Assembly (NCBI GenBank): GCA_965208105.1 | Contig: OZ242318.1 | Coordinates: 2,048,001-2,112,000, forward strand | Origin: Candidatus Latescibacterota bacterium | Lineage (GTDB): Bacteria > Latescibacterota > UBA2968 > UBA8231 | Length of the DNA: 64,000 bases | Reading direction: 5' to 3' | Part shown: piece by piece, positions 29,191-39,042 of the stretch | Numbering within the stretch: the stretch's first letter is position 1 | Layout of the letters: every line of letters starts with the position of its first letter | The notes under the pieces: model-generated | What the model saw: the letters and a program-made list of their open reading frames with translations, nothing else | Databases searched by the model: none | Told to the model about the DNA's origin: nothing | Translations under genes and position numbers: made by a program

Positions 29191-29604
29191 ATGCTCCTCT
29201 CCCAATCCGCACGGTACGCCCTGCGCGCCGCCATCTATCTCGCCAAGCGCGACGGCGAGTGGCATCTGAGTCACGAAATTGCTGCTTCCCTTGGCGTGCC
29301 AGCCCAGTATCTTGCAAAGATCCTGAAGGACTTGACCCGTCATGGGGTGCTGACTTCCACCCGAGGACGGGGTGGCGGGTTCCGTCTGGCCCATCCCGCG
29401 GGGCAAATCGACTTGCTGCGTGTTGTCCAGGCCATCGATGTCCAGCGTTTCGACAAGCATTGCGTCCTCGGACTCCCCGACTGCTCCGATGAGAGGCCCT
29501 GCGTCCTGCACGAGTCGTGGAGCCACCTCCGCGATGAGATCTTGCGGATGCTGAAGGACACCTATCTTTCTGACCTATCCCGAGGACATCCACTCCGCGC
29601 CTGA
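29191..29604 (+). CDS. Rrf2 family transcriptional regulator (3-Cys, Fe-S type)
   Basis: YALRA, STRGRGGGFRLA and CVLGLPDCSDERPCVLH. Confidence 0.93.
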   Translation: MLLSQSARYALRAAIYLAKRDGEWHLSHEIAASLGVPAQYLAKILKDLTRHGVLTSTRGRGGGFRLAHPAGQIDLLRVVQAIDVQRFDKHCVLGLPDCSDERPCVLHESWSHLRDEILRMLKDTYLSDLSRGHPLRA

Positions 29605-29793
29605 AGCCAGCCTCGCCAACCGCTTCTCCCAATTCGGTCTCTGAGGGTCCGGCAGCTCAAGAACCAGATCCTACCACTTGAGTTCCATGACAGGCCCACT
29701 CGAACCTGATTAGAGACCACTGGGTAAATAGACAAACATATCCGAATATATTATATTAATCTTAATCTCTCAACTCATTTGAAGGGGACAACC

Positions 29794-30093
29794 GTGCCTG
29801 TCTGCAGCTATCTCGTCTTCCCTCGGCCCGGCGCCTCGGGCTTGGCTGGGCGGCTAGCGACCTTGCCGGGGTGTTTGGTGACGCCGGCCGAGAACGCCGA
29901 GGTGCTCATCCTGGTGACCGAGACCGCCGACGAGACCGCCGATGAAGAGCTGCGCGACACGTTGCGATTGGAGGATGACATCCAGTGCCTGGTGCTGACC
30001 TTCGGTGAGGTGGACCAGGATCCGGGGCCACGGGCTAGATGGAACCGGAACTGCCAAAAGGGACACGCAACGGCTCACAGGAGAGGCCGATGA
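29794..30093 (+). CDS. napD: NapD-like chaperone
   Basis: Short ferredoxin-like ORF (MPVCSYLV...ILVTET) whose stop overlaps the napA start (ATGA). Confidence 0.65.
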   Translation: MPVCSYLVFPRPGASGLAGRLATLPGCLVTPAENAEVLILVTETADETADEELRDTLRLEDDIQCLVLTFGEVDQDPGPRARWNRNCQKGHATAHRRGR

Positions 30094-32447
30094 CCGAACC
30101 ACTGACTCGCAGAGACTTCATGCTCCGCATGGCACACTCTGCCGCGGCCGCGGCGGCGATGAGCCTGATCCCCGGGGTTTCCTTCGCCGCCTGGGAAGAG
30201 CTGGACGCCGACACCAGCGACATCGATTGGCGCAAGACGCCGTGCCGCTTTTGCGGTGTCGGCTGCGGCCTTCTGGTCGGTGTCGCCGCTGGCCGAGCCG
30301 TGGCGGTAAAGGGGGATCCGGCCTCGCCAGTAAACCGGGGGCTCGCCTGTGTCAAAGGCTACCACTCAGTGCAGGCCCTGTATGGCAGCGACCGGCTGAA
30401 GACCGCCTTTGTGCGGCACCAGAGGCGGCTCGTGGAAGTACCCGTGCAGGAGGCCCTCGACCTGGTGGCGGCGAAGATGCGGGAGACGATCGAGGATCAC
30501 GGAAAGGACGCTGTCGCAATCTACGGTTCGGGGCAGTGGACGATCCCCGACGGTTACGTCGCCAGCAAGCTGTTCAAAGGCGCCATCGGCACCAACAACG
30601 TCGAGGCCAACGCCCGCCTGTGCATGGCTTCGGCGGTGACTGGGTTTCTGACGAGTTTCGGCCTCGACGAGCCGATGGGCTGTTATGAAGACATAGACCA
30701 CGCCGATACCTTCGTCATCTGGGGCAACAACATGGCCGAGATGCACCCGGTGCTGTTCTCGCGCATCCTCGACCGAAGGTTGAAACACCCCGACACCGTG
30801 GTCGTCGATTTCGCCACGCGTACCACACGGACGAGTCACGCCGCGGACAAAGCGATCCTGTTCCACCCGCAAACCGATCTGGCCGTGGCCAACGCTATCT
30901 GCCATGAGATCATCGTCCACGGATGGGTGAACCGCGACTTCGTCCGACGCCACGTTGCCTTCAAGGCGGGAAAGACAAAGATCGGCTACGGCCTGGAGGA
31001 CCACTTCTCGTTCAGCGACCAAGCACGCGATATCTCCTTTGAGGACTACCGGCAGTTTCTCGCACAGTACACACCCGAGAAGGTAGAACAGATGTCCGGT
31101 GTCCCGGCCGATGACATCCGCTACCTGGCTGCCCTGTACGGCGATCCGGCACGCAAGGTGGTCTCCTTCTGGTGCATGGGCATGAACCAGCACACCCGCG
31201 GCACGTGGATCAACAACCTGGTCTATAACATCCACTTGCTCACTGGGAAGATCTCCCAGCCGGGCAACGGGCCGTTCTCATTGACCGGCCAGCCGAGCGC
31301 CTGCGGCACGGTGCGCGAGGTCGGCACCATGACCCACAAGTTGCCGCACGGCGTGGTGACCAAGGCGGAGCACCGGGCCCTGGCGGCCAAGATCTGGGGC
31401 GTACCCGTAGACAACATCCCGGCCAAGCCCACTTACCACACGGTGGAGATGTTCCGCGCCCTCGACCGCGGCGATGTGCGCTTCCTGTGGGTCCAGGTCA
31501 CCAACCCGATGGTTACGATGCCGAAGCTGAACCGCTACCGCGACGGAGCGCGCAAGGAAGGGCGCTTCGTCGTCGTGTCGGACGTGTACCCGACGCCCAC
31601 GACCCAGATCGCCGATGTCATTCTGCCGTCGGCCATGTGGATCGAGCGCGAGGGCCTGTACGGTAACTCGGAGCGACGCACCCAGCACTTCGACCAGCTG
31701 GTGGCGCCGCCGGGAGAGGCCATGTCGGATACCTGGCAGCTGATCGAAGTAGCGCGGCGTCTGGGATTCGAGAAGCAGTTCCCCTGGTCCTACGAGACCC
31801 ACATCGGCGCCATCTGGGAGGAATACCGCCAGTTCCACGACACCCCGAAACACGCGATGGCCTCCTACGACGAGCTGCGCCGGCGACCGGGCGTAATGTG
31901 GCCGTTCGTCGATGGCAAGGAGACCCAATGGCGCTACAACAGCGCCCTCGACCCGGCGGCCGACCCGTCCCGCGGCGCCTTCGACTTCTACGGCAAGCCC
32001 GATCACCGGGCGTGGATCTGGCAGCGCCCCTACGAAGAGCCGGCCGAGACGCCGGACGCGGAGTTTCCCTTCTGGCTCAACACCGGCCGCGTCCTCGAGC
32101 ACTGGCACACTGGGTCGATGACCCGGCGCGTGCCCACCCTGCACCGCTCGATGCCCAGCGGCTACGTCGAGCTGAATCCGGCCGATGCCCGCCGTCTGGG
32201 GGTACTGGACGGAGAGGTCGTCCGGCTCGTGTCCCGCCGCGGCCAGCTGGAGCTGCCAGCGCAACTGAACGGCCGCGGGCAACCGCCGCCAGGCCAGGTG
32301 TTCGTGCCGTTCTTTGACGAAGCGCTGCTCATCAACGAGTTGACGCTGGATGCCTTCTGTCCCATCTCGAAGCAACCGGACTACAAGAAGTGCGCCGTGC
32401 GCGTCGAACGCCTGTCACCTGTGGAGAGGGGTCGTGGCGAAGGGTAG
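30090..32447 (+). CDS. napA: Periplasmic nitrate reductase catalytic subunit
   Basis: Tat signal TRRDFM; CRFCGVGC Fe-S motif; NARLCMASA Mo ligand; WHTGSMTRRV; CPISKQPDYKKCAV. Confidence 0.93.
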   Translation: MTEPLTRRDFMLRMAHSAAAAAAMSLIPGVSFAAWEELDADTSDIDWRKTPCRFCGVGCGLLVGVAAGRAVAVKGDPASPVNRGLACVKGYHSVQALYGSDRLKTAFVRHQRRLVEVPVQEALDLVAAKMRETIEDHGKDAVAIYGSGQWTIPDGYVASKLFKGAIGTNNVEANARLCMASAVTGFLTSFGLDEPMGCYEDIDHADTFVIWGNNMAEMHPVLFSRILDRRLKHPDTVVVDFATRTTRTSHAADKAILFHPQTDLAVANAICHEIIVHGWVNRDFVRRHVAFKAGKTKIGYGLEDHFSFSDQARDISFEDYRQFLAQYTPEKVEQMSGVPADDIRYLAALYGDPARKVVSFWCMGMNQHTRGTWINNLVYNIHLLTGKISQPGNGPFSLTGQPSACGTVREVGTMTHKLPHGVVTKAEHRALAAKIWGVPVDNIPAKPTYHTVEMFRALDRGDVRFLWVQVTNPMVTMPKLNRYRDGARKEGRFVVVSDVYPTPTTQIADVILPSAMWIEREGLYGNSERRTQHFDQLVAPPGEAMSDTWQLIEVARRLGFEKQFPWSYETHIGAIWEEYRQFHDTPKHAMASYDELRRRPGVMWPFVDGKETQWRYNSALDPAADPSRGAFDFYGKPDHRAWIWQRPYEEPAETPDAEFPFWLNTGRVLEHWHTGSMTRRVPTLHRSMPSGYVELNPADARRLGVLDGEVVRLVSRRGQLELPAQLNGRGQPPPGQVFVPFFDEALLINELTLDAFCPISKQPDYKKCAVRVERLSPVERGRGEG

Positions 32448-33138
32448 CAAGTCTCGCGGGTCGAAGATTCTAGGCGCCGTGGTGCTCATGCTCGTCGCCA
32501 TCTTCGGCGGGGGCGAGGTGCTGCGCGGCCGCGGCGATGGGGGTCAGCCGCATCAGCGGGACCCGACCCACGGCGTGGGCATCCTCGCCGTGATTCGCGC
32601 CGGCGATGCCGCCCCGCGCACCGATCCCCATGCCACCAGCCTGAGTCCGCAGATGCCCGTCGCTCCCGGCGTGCCGGAACGGACCCTTTCGGCCTACTAC
32701 GAGCGCCGTGCCTATCCAGGAGCTCCCCCTACCGTTCCCCACCCCGTCGACCCAGAGACCAACCGCACGCAGGCCTGCAACGTCTGTCACGCAAAGGGTG
32801 GGTTCACTCCCAAGTTCAACGCCTACGTTCCGGTGACCCCCCATCCGGAGTTGGGCAACTGTCTGCAGTGCCATGTCCAGGGGGCGGTTCCGGCCGCCTC
32901 CTTCGTGCGCGACGAATGGCTCAGCGTGCGCCCCCCGGCGTTGCAGCGGCCCGCGCTGCCCGGAGGCCCACCACCCATGCCGCACGGCCTGCAGCTGCGC
33001 CAAAGGTGCCTTTCCTGCCACGCTGGACCGGCGGCGGTGGCCGCAGTGCGCACCAGCCATCCGGAGCGCGTCAACTGTCAGCAGTGTCACGTGCCGCGGC
33101 GTACGCAGCGCCTGTTTCGCCGCACGGGGATGGAGTGA
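32434..33138 (+). CDS. NapB-like tetraheme cytochrome c
   Basis: RRAYPGAPPTVPH; four CxxCH (CNVCH, CLQCH, CLSCH, CQQCH). Confidence 0.8.
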   Translation: MAKGSKSRGSKILGAVVLMLVAIFGGGEVLRGRGDGGQPHQRDPTHGVGILAVIRAGDAAPRTDPHATSLSPQMPVAPGVPERTLSAYYERRAYPGAPPTVPHPVDPETNRTQACNVCHAKGGFTPKFNAYVPVTPHPELGNCLQCHVQGAVPAASFVRDEWLSVRPPALQRPALPGGPPPMPHGLQLRQRCLSCHAGPAAVAAVRTSHPERVNCQQCHVPRRTQRLFRRTGME

Positions 33139-33141
33139 ACG

Positions 33142-33738
33142 ATGCGCAACGCCTGGACGATCATAGGAGCGTTGTTGCTGGCCGCCTGTGGCGACAGCGG
33201 CGGTCAGGCGCCGGCACCACCGGCCTCGCTCGAGACCAACCAGCAGCGCTCGCGGCAGCTGCACATCCTCGCTGCGGTCGATGTCCAGGAATACACCGGC
33301 CCTGGGGGCAAACCGTTCCGCGTGGCACAACGACGGGGACGCATCACCCAGTATCCCTGCGGTGCGTGCCACGATAGGCCCGTCGTGGAGGAGAGGCCCG
33401 GCGGCCTCTCGCGGCGCTGGTCGCACCTCGACGTTCACCTCGAGCACGCTGCGGCCCTGCACTGCGCAACCTGCCATCGCTACGAAGACCTCAAAGACCT
33501 GCGTCTCATCGACGGCGAGCCAATCGACTTCGACCACAGCTACCTCGTCTGCGCCCAGTGCCACTCGCAGAGGGCGCGCGATTGGGCCGGCGGCGCCCAC
33601 GGCAAGCGCCTGGGCGGCTGGCGCGGAGAGCGGGTCATCGAAAACTGCACCGGTTGCCACGATCCCCACGATCCGGCCTTCCCCCGGCGCATGCCGTCGA
33701 CCTACCCGCAGGTGCCACGCACGGGAGGGAGACGATGA
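33142..33738 (+). CDS. Tetraheme cytochrome c lipoprotein
   Basis: Lipobox LAAC; CGACH, CATCH, CAQCH and CTGCH. Confidence 0.85.
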   Translation: MRNAWTIIGALLLAACGDSGGQAPAPPASLETNQQRSRQLHILAAVDVQEYTGPGGKPFRVAQRRGRITQYPCGACHDRPVVEERPGGLSRRWSHLDVHLEHAAALHCATCHRYEDLKDLRLIDGEPIDFDHSYLVCAQCHSQRARDWAGGAHGKRLGGWRGERVIENCTGCHDPHDPAFPRRMPSTYPQVPRTGGRR

Positions 33739-34784
33739 AGAGACGCTTTCGCTTCGCCAACCTGCGGCGTCTGATGGCGCGTTTTAAAGCGCCCTCTACC
33801 GAGGAAGTCGCTGGCTGTGGCACTGGATGCGAGTGTGCTGGCGAAAGCCGCCGGCATTCGGTCATGGACAAGCCGGTCGGCAGGCGCCGCGCCTTACGCA
33901 TGCTCTTCAGTGGCAGCACCGCCGCCGTTTCAGCGACCGCCGCAGCAGTGAGCGCAACGCAATCAGAAGAGGAGAAGGACGAGAAACTGCTGCAATGGGA
34001 GGAGCGGCTGAAGGGAAACTTCCGCCTCATGTCGGATGGCGAGAAGGCCGAGACCATCGAGCGACTGGAGGAACTGGCGCGGCTTAGGCACGGATTGGAC
34101 GTACACATCAAAGCCGACGCCGCGATCCCCGGCGTGCTTTATGGCTACGCCTTCAACATCTCCAGCTGCAAGGGCTACCGCAATTGCGTCGATGCCTGCG
34201 TGCGCGAAAACAACCTCGATCGGCGAACTGGGACGCAGTACATCCGCATCTTCGAGATGGAAGGCGGGCAGGTCACCTTTGAAGACGGCGACGCCGAGTA
34301 TTTTCACCAAGTTCCGGCGGAGGGCCACTTCTACATGGGCACCCAGTGCTTCCAGTGCGCCAATCCGCCCTGTGTCCCCGTCTGTCCCGTCGGGGCGACC
34401 TGGCAGGAGCCGGACGGCATCACCGTCGTCGACTACGACTGGTGCATCGGCTGTCGCTACTGCGAGGCCGCCTGTCCGTACTGGGCGCGCCGTTTCAACT
34501 GGAGCGAACCGGAGGTGCCGGCCGAACAGATCAACCGCAACCAACACTACCTGGGAAACCGGCTGCGACCGCGCGGTGCGGTGGAAAAGTGCACCTTCTG
34601 TATCCAGCGCTCGCGACAGGGCCAGTTGCCGGCCTGCGCGGAAGCCTGCCCCACGGGGGCTCGCGTGTTCGGCAACCTGCTCGACCCCAACAGCGAGATC
34701 CGCTATGTGCTGGAGAACAAGCGCGTCTTCCGTCTCAAGGAGGACCTCGGCACGGAGCCGAAGTTCTGGTACTATATGGACTAG
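33735..34784 (+). CDS. 4Fe-4S dicluster electron-transfer subunit (NrfC/PsrB-like)
   Basis: CFQCANPPCVPVCP, CIGCRYCEAACPY and KCTFC..PACAEACP. Confidence 0.9.
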   Translation: MKRRFRFANLRRLMARFKAPSTEEVAGCGTGCECAGESRRHSVMDKPVGRRRALRMLFSGSTAAVSATAAAVSATQSEEEKDEKLLQWEERLKGNFRLMSDGEKAETIERLEELARLRHGLDVHIKADAAIPGVLYGYAFNISSCKGYRNCVDACVRENNLDRRTGTQYIRIFEMEGGQVTFEDGDAEYFHQVPAEGHFYMGTQCFQCANPPCVPVCPVGATWQEPDGITVVDYDWCIGCRYCEAACPYWARRFNWSEPEVPAEQINRNQHYLGNRLRPRGAVEKCTFCIQRSRQGQLPACAEACPTGARVFGNLLDPNSEIRYVLENKRVFRLKEDLGTEPKFWYYMD

Positions 34785-34878
34785 AAGTGGGCGAATTACC
34801 ATCCAGAATCCCGAGCAAGCTCACCTTATTCGGAAAATTGGGTGAGCCTTGGGCGGCATCTAGATTCAAGGGGGTCAG

Positions 34879-36108
34879 GTGAAGCTTCTGACCTTCCTGC
34901 GCGATGCCCTGGAAGTGGCGACGACGGGCGGTCGCGGCTATCACACCTGGATGGGTGCGCTCACCTTCGCGATCCTCCTCGGGGCGTACGCCTATTCGGT
35001 GCAGCTGCGCGACGGTCTTGTGGTCACCGGTATGAGCGACCACGTCAGCTGGGGCCTTTACATTGGCAACTTCACCTTCCTCGTCGGCCTGGCGGCAGCG
35101 GCCGTGATGCTGGTATTGCCGGCGTACGTGCTGCACGATATCGACTTCTCCCGCGCCGTGCTCATCGGCAAAGGCGTCGCCGTAGCGGCGCTGACCATGT
35201 GCCTGTGCTTCGTCGTCGTGGATGTGGGCAGACCCGATAACTTGTGGCATCTGGTGCCCGTGCTGGGCTATTTCAACTGGCCGCGGTCGCTGCTGGCATG
35301 GGATATCCTCGTCCTCAGCGGCTACCTCGCGCTCAACCTGCTGGTCCCGCTCTACATCCTCTATGAACACTATCGCGGGCGCGAGCCGGACGAACGGCGC
35401 TACGTTCCATTCGTCTACCTGTCGGTCCTCTGGGCTATCAGCATCCACATCGTCACCGCCTTCTTGCTGGCTGGTCTGCCGGCGCGCCCTTTCTGGCATT
35501 CCGCGCTTCTGGGTCCGCGCTTCCTCGCCTCAGCGTTCGCCGCCGGCCCGGCTTTTATCCTCGTGACGCTGCACCTCATCCGCACGACCACGGGCTACCG
35601 CATCGCCGACCAGACGCTGTCCAAGCTGGCGCTGATCACCACTGTGGCTGCTCAGGTGAATCTCGTCATGCTTGGGTCGGAGATCTTCACCGAGTTCTAC
35701 TTCCCCACGCATCATTCCGCCAGCGCCCGCTACCTGTTCTTCGGACTGCACGGCCACGCCAGCCTGGTATCCTGGATCTGGACGGCGCTAGGCCTCAACC
35801 TGCTGGCCACCTTGTCGCTGACGCTGCACCCGCTGCGGCGCAACCCGCGCATCCTCTATCCCGCTTGCACGGTCCTGTTCGTCGCGGTGTGGATGGAGAA
35901 GGGGATCGGGCTCATCATTCCGGGGTTCGTGCCGTCGCCGCTGGGTGAGATGGTCGAGTACTGGCCCACGTGGGTGGAGTTGGCCGTCACCGCCGGCATT
36001 TGGGCCCTCGGACTGTTTGTCTTTACCACCCTAGTGCGGGTGGCGCTGGCCGTGGAAACCGGCGCCATGCGCTACCTGGATCCAGAAGCCGAAAGAGGCC
36101 GTCCATGA
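34879..36108 (+). CDS. NrfD/PsrC family membrane anchor
   Basis: WGLYIGNFTFLVG, DVGRPD and multiple transmembrane segments. Confidence 0.9.
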   Translation: MKLLTFLRDALEVATTGGRGYHTWMGALTFAILLGAYAYSVQLRDGLVVTGMSDHVSWGLYIGNFTFLVGLAAAAVMLVLPAYVLHDIDFSRAVLIGKGVAVAALTMCLCFVVVDVGRPDNLWHLVPVLGYFNWPRSLLAWDILVLSGYLALNLLVPLYILYEHYRGREPDERRYVPFVYLSVLWAISIHIVTAFLLAGLPARPFWHSALLGPRFLASAFAAGPAFILVTLHLIRTTTGYRIADQTLSKLALITTVAAQVNLVMLGSEIFTEFYFPTHHSASARYLFFGLHGHASLVSWIWTALGLNLLATLSLTLHPLRRNPRILYPACTVLFVAVWMEKGIGLIIPGFVPSPLGEMVEYWPTWVELAVTAGIWALGLFVFTTLVRVALAVETGAMRYLDPEAERGRP

Positions 36109-37253
36109 ATCGGAGCCTGATCGTCTTTGTCCTCGTCATGGGGGCCACTACCGTCACTGCCGCCGACGTTTCAGTGGGCGGCCAAGTTCGCAGCCGCTGG
36201 GAATTGCGAGAAAAAAGCGACGCTGGCAGGGACAACCACACTGCAATGCGCACGCGCCTGCACCTAAGAGCCCAGCACGAAAGCGGCCTGCATGCCTTCG
36301 TGCAATGGCAGGACGTGCGCATTTGGGGAGAGGAGACGCACACGCTGGGTGACTTCAGCGGGGATCACTTGGACCTGCACCACGGGTACGTGCAGTTTGA
36401 CGAGTTGGCCTGCCGATCTTCGCCTAGGTCGCCAGGAGATCAGCCTGGGAGGACAGCGCCTGGTCGGCGCCGTGACTGGACGCAAAAAGGCCGCCCCTTC
36501 GACGCAGCGCGGGTGACTTGGCGCTATGCCGGGTCTTCCATCGACTTGCTGGCAGCGCGCCTCGGCGACGCGACGGCAGGGCCATCGATGCTTCCTTTTT
36601 CGGCGTCTACGCATCTCCGGCGCCGCTGGGAGACAGCCAGGTCTATCTGCTGTTCAACTCCGTCGATTCCGGCACAGACCAACTCACCCTCGGTGCGGGC
36701 CGCGCCAGCCAAGCGGCGGGGTTTACCTATCGTTTGGAAGGAGCGCACCAGACGGGCAGGCGGACTGATTCCGACATGGCCGCCGTCTTCGCTGCGGCGC
36801 GCGCTGGACGCGTGCTCGGCAGGATGCAAGTCGAGATGTGGAACGACTACCTGTCGGGCGACGACGATCTGGACGATGACGAGATCAAGGTCTTCGACAC
36901 CCTTTTCGCCACCAACCACAAGTTTTACGGGTACGTGGATTTCTTCCTGAATATCCCCGAGGACACGGCGGGCCGGGGGTTGCAAGACCCTGGCGATGAA
37001 GGTGAAGACAACGCCGCTCCCTAGATGGACCACAGCCGTCGATCTGCACTCCTTCCGCCTAGCGCAGAAAAGTGGCCTAGGCGAAACCCGTCTGGGAGAG
37101 GAGGTGGACCTTACGATCGGTGCCGACTACCGAGGCGTTGCCCGCTTCACTGGAGGTTTGTCCTACGTGCAGTTCGGAGAGAGTCTCAATGAGATCGATC
37201 CCCTTTCGGACGATGCCCTGTTCGTCTACGCCATGACCGACGTGCGTTTCTGA
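36105..37253 (+). pseudogene. Alginate-export-family outer membrane porin, multiply frameshifted
   Basis: Fragments in different frames: VGGQVRSRWE, LRLGRQEISLGGQRLVGA, DYLSGDD..FDTLFATNHKFYGYVD; C-terminal ...TDVRF. Confidence 0.75.
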
Positions 37254-37312
37254 TAACATCCTCGACCAACAATATGGAGTCATCTCATATGGTAGGAAAG
37301 GAGGGGATCAAT

Positions 37313-37495
37313 TTGATTATCGGACTTCCCAAAGAGATCAAAAATCACGAATACCGGGTAACGCTGACACCTCATGGGACAGCAAGCCTAGTCCGGGAAG
37401 GACATGAGGTCCTCGTTCAGGGTGGAGCAGGAGTCGGTAGCGGCTTTCCAGACGACCAATACCTGGGTGAGGGCGCGCGGGTCATCGACGGCCTA
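37313..37495 (+). pseudogene. ald: Alanine dehydrogenase N-terminal fragment
   Basis: IIGLPKEIKNHEYRV...GHEVLVQGGAGVGSGFPDDQY..GA, then diverges. Confidence 0.8.
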
Positions 37496-37639
37496 GAAAG
37501 AGTGGATACAATCCAACCCAACTCAGGAGGAGAAAGATGACCAGTACCTGATTGATCGCTGTGATCTTTGTCGGGCTGATGAGTGGCCCCGCCTTCGCGG
37601 CCGACGATCCCAGCATTTAGGGGACGACCCGGGCTGACG

Positions 37640-37800
37640 TGCAAGAGGCCGTGAAAGGGAACCGGTCTTCATGCGGCTACCCGGAATCCGCCATTCGTGG
37701 GCATCAATGTCGATCTCGTCCCACCTCGCACCTCGAGCCTCTCCGCTGCGCGCCGCAGTCAGGACGAGGAACTGAAGGCACAATTTCACCGATGAAGATG
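37640..37800 (-). pseudogene. Phage (P4-like) integrase fragment
   Basis: LQFLVLTAARSGEARGARWDEID...WRIPGSRMKTG. Confidence 0.75.
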
Positions 37801-38199
37801 CCCCGGACTCCTCGACGGTTCCCTGGGCCTTGGCGCTTTCCCGGTAGGGTTGCGCAGGGCCCGGTCCGGCATATTGCATCAGTTACGGGATTTTACGAAA
37901 CAGGAAGGAAACTACTGAAACGGGAAGGATGGTGCCGAGGGCCGGAGGAAAACCAACAACGTAGGCCAATAATTTACTAAATGATACAAATCCACCTTGC
38001 CGACTTTTCCCACAATTTTACCCACTAAATTGTCCTAATTTCCCGGATGCAAAGCGCCATTTTGCACAGCTTAGAAAATCCTAAAACCGCTATGTTTACA
38101 TATTGGAACTGTCCCACTAATATTTCGTCTAAGGATGTCCTAATCATTGCAACAAGTGGTCGTTTTACCCTCGAATGTGGAGTTACCCCGGTTTGGTGG

Positions 38200-38370
38200 G
38201 AGAAGTGGACCCCATTCTTTGGACAGCCAGGCAGCCTGATTAAGGTGGATTCCTTGTGGTTGATTTGCTGCCCTGTCCTGCTTTTTCCTGGTTTCTCTGA
38301 GGCCACCTTTCCGACTTGGCTGGAGGGCCGTTTTGCTGGTTGACGGGATAGACCACCCGGGCTTCAGCAC
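38200..38370 (-). mobile_element. Solo remnant of IS3-family right end
   Basis: About 160 bp, clearly similar to 39043-39210 including the IR (GGACCCCATTCTTTGGACAG). Confidence 0.75.
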
Positions 38371-38448
38371 AGCGCGGTAGCTATCCGCGCCCTCCATGTG
38401 GCTTATTCATTGGGGCTCCCGGCCTTCATTGCGATTTATTCTCTCGAG

Positions 38449-39018
38449 TCAAAAGCGGAGCTTGGCAACCGCGGACAAGCCGCCGTGGGACATAGGAGAC
38501 AAGCCAACGGATACGCGGCTATCTTCAGGGGGCCTGCGGGAATATTCAGACATAATCATAGCTCCTGCAATGTGGCCGACGAGAAGAGACGGCCACAACT
38601 CCTCGTTGCTGATCGTCAACGCCACAGCCGTTCCGAAGCCAGCCCAGCCGCCCGCCAATGCGTATAGGAATCGATCCGTTTTGTCTACGCTGCTTATGCC
38701 AAAGGACACTCCGGTCGAATATCCGATCAGAGTGCCCAATGCATATTCAGTTTCTATCCACTGACTAGGGTCGTTCTCGCCTAGGTTCCCTAGTCCAGCC
38801 CCAAGCATTGCGCCAAAGATCCCGAAAACAGATCCGGCAATCAACTTCACTGCAACTCGGTGGTGAGCGCTCGTCATTAGGCTGTCTATCTCATCGCCTT
38901 CAGCCTGCGCATTGTGGGGAGCTGCAAGCAGCATAATTGCCGTGAGAAGGTATTTAGTGCCTGAGACCACGATCCGCCTTCTTTCTGCTTTGCAAAATAG
39001 ACATAGCTTCTGTCCCAT
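38449..39018 (-). CDS. Hypothetical membrane/secreted protein
   Basis: Signal-like segment, Gly-rich hydrophobic helices and C-terminal ...AKLRF. Confidence 0.6.
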   Translation of the reverse strand: MGQKLCLFCKAERRRIVVSGTKYLLTAIMLLAAPHNAQAEGDEIDSLMTSAHHRVAVKLIAGSVFGIFGAMLGAGLGNLGENDPSQWIETEYALGTLIGYSTGVSFGISSVDKTDRFLYALAGGWAGFGTAVALTISNEELWPSLLVGHIAGAMIMSEYSRRPPEDSRVSVGLSPMSHGGLSAVAKLRF

Positions 39019-39042
39019 TTAATTCGATTTTCTATCAGGACA

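Noticed and set aside
34785-34878. Hairpin GCTCACC...GGTGAGC between the nrfC-like and nrfD-like genes
   Set aside because: Short single stem with no second copy seen; insufficient support for an RNA element.
14305-36343. Many long overlapping ORFs (e.g. 16820-18145, 20569-21933, 25423-26583, 31278-32375, 32470-33669)
   Set aside because: Off-frame or antisense products of high-GC codon bias overlapping well-supported genes.
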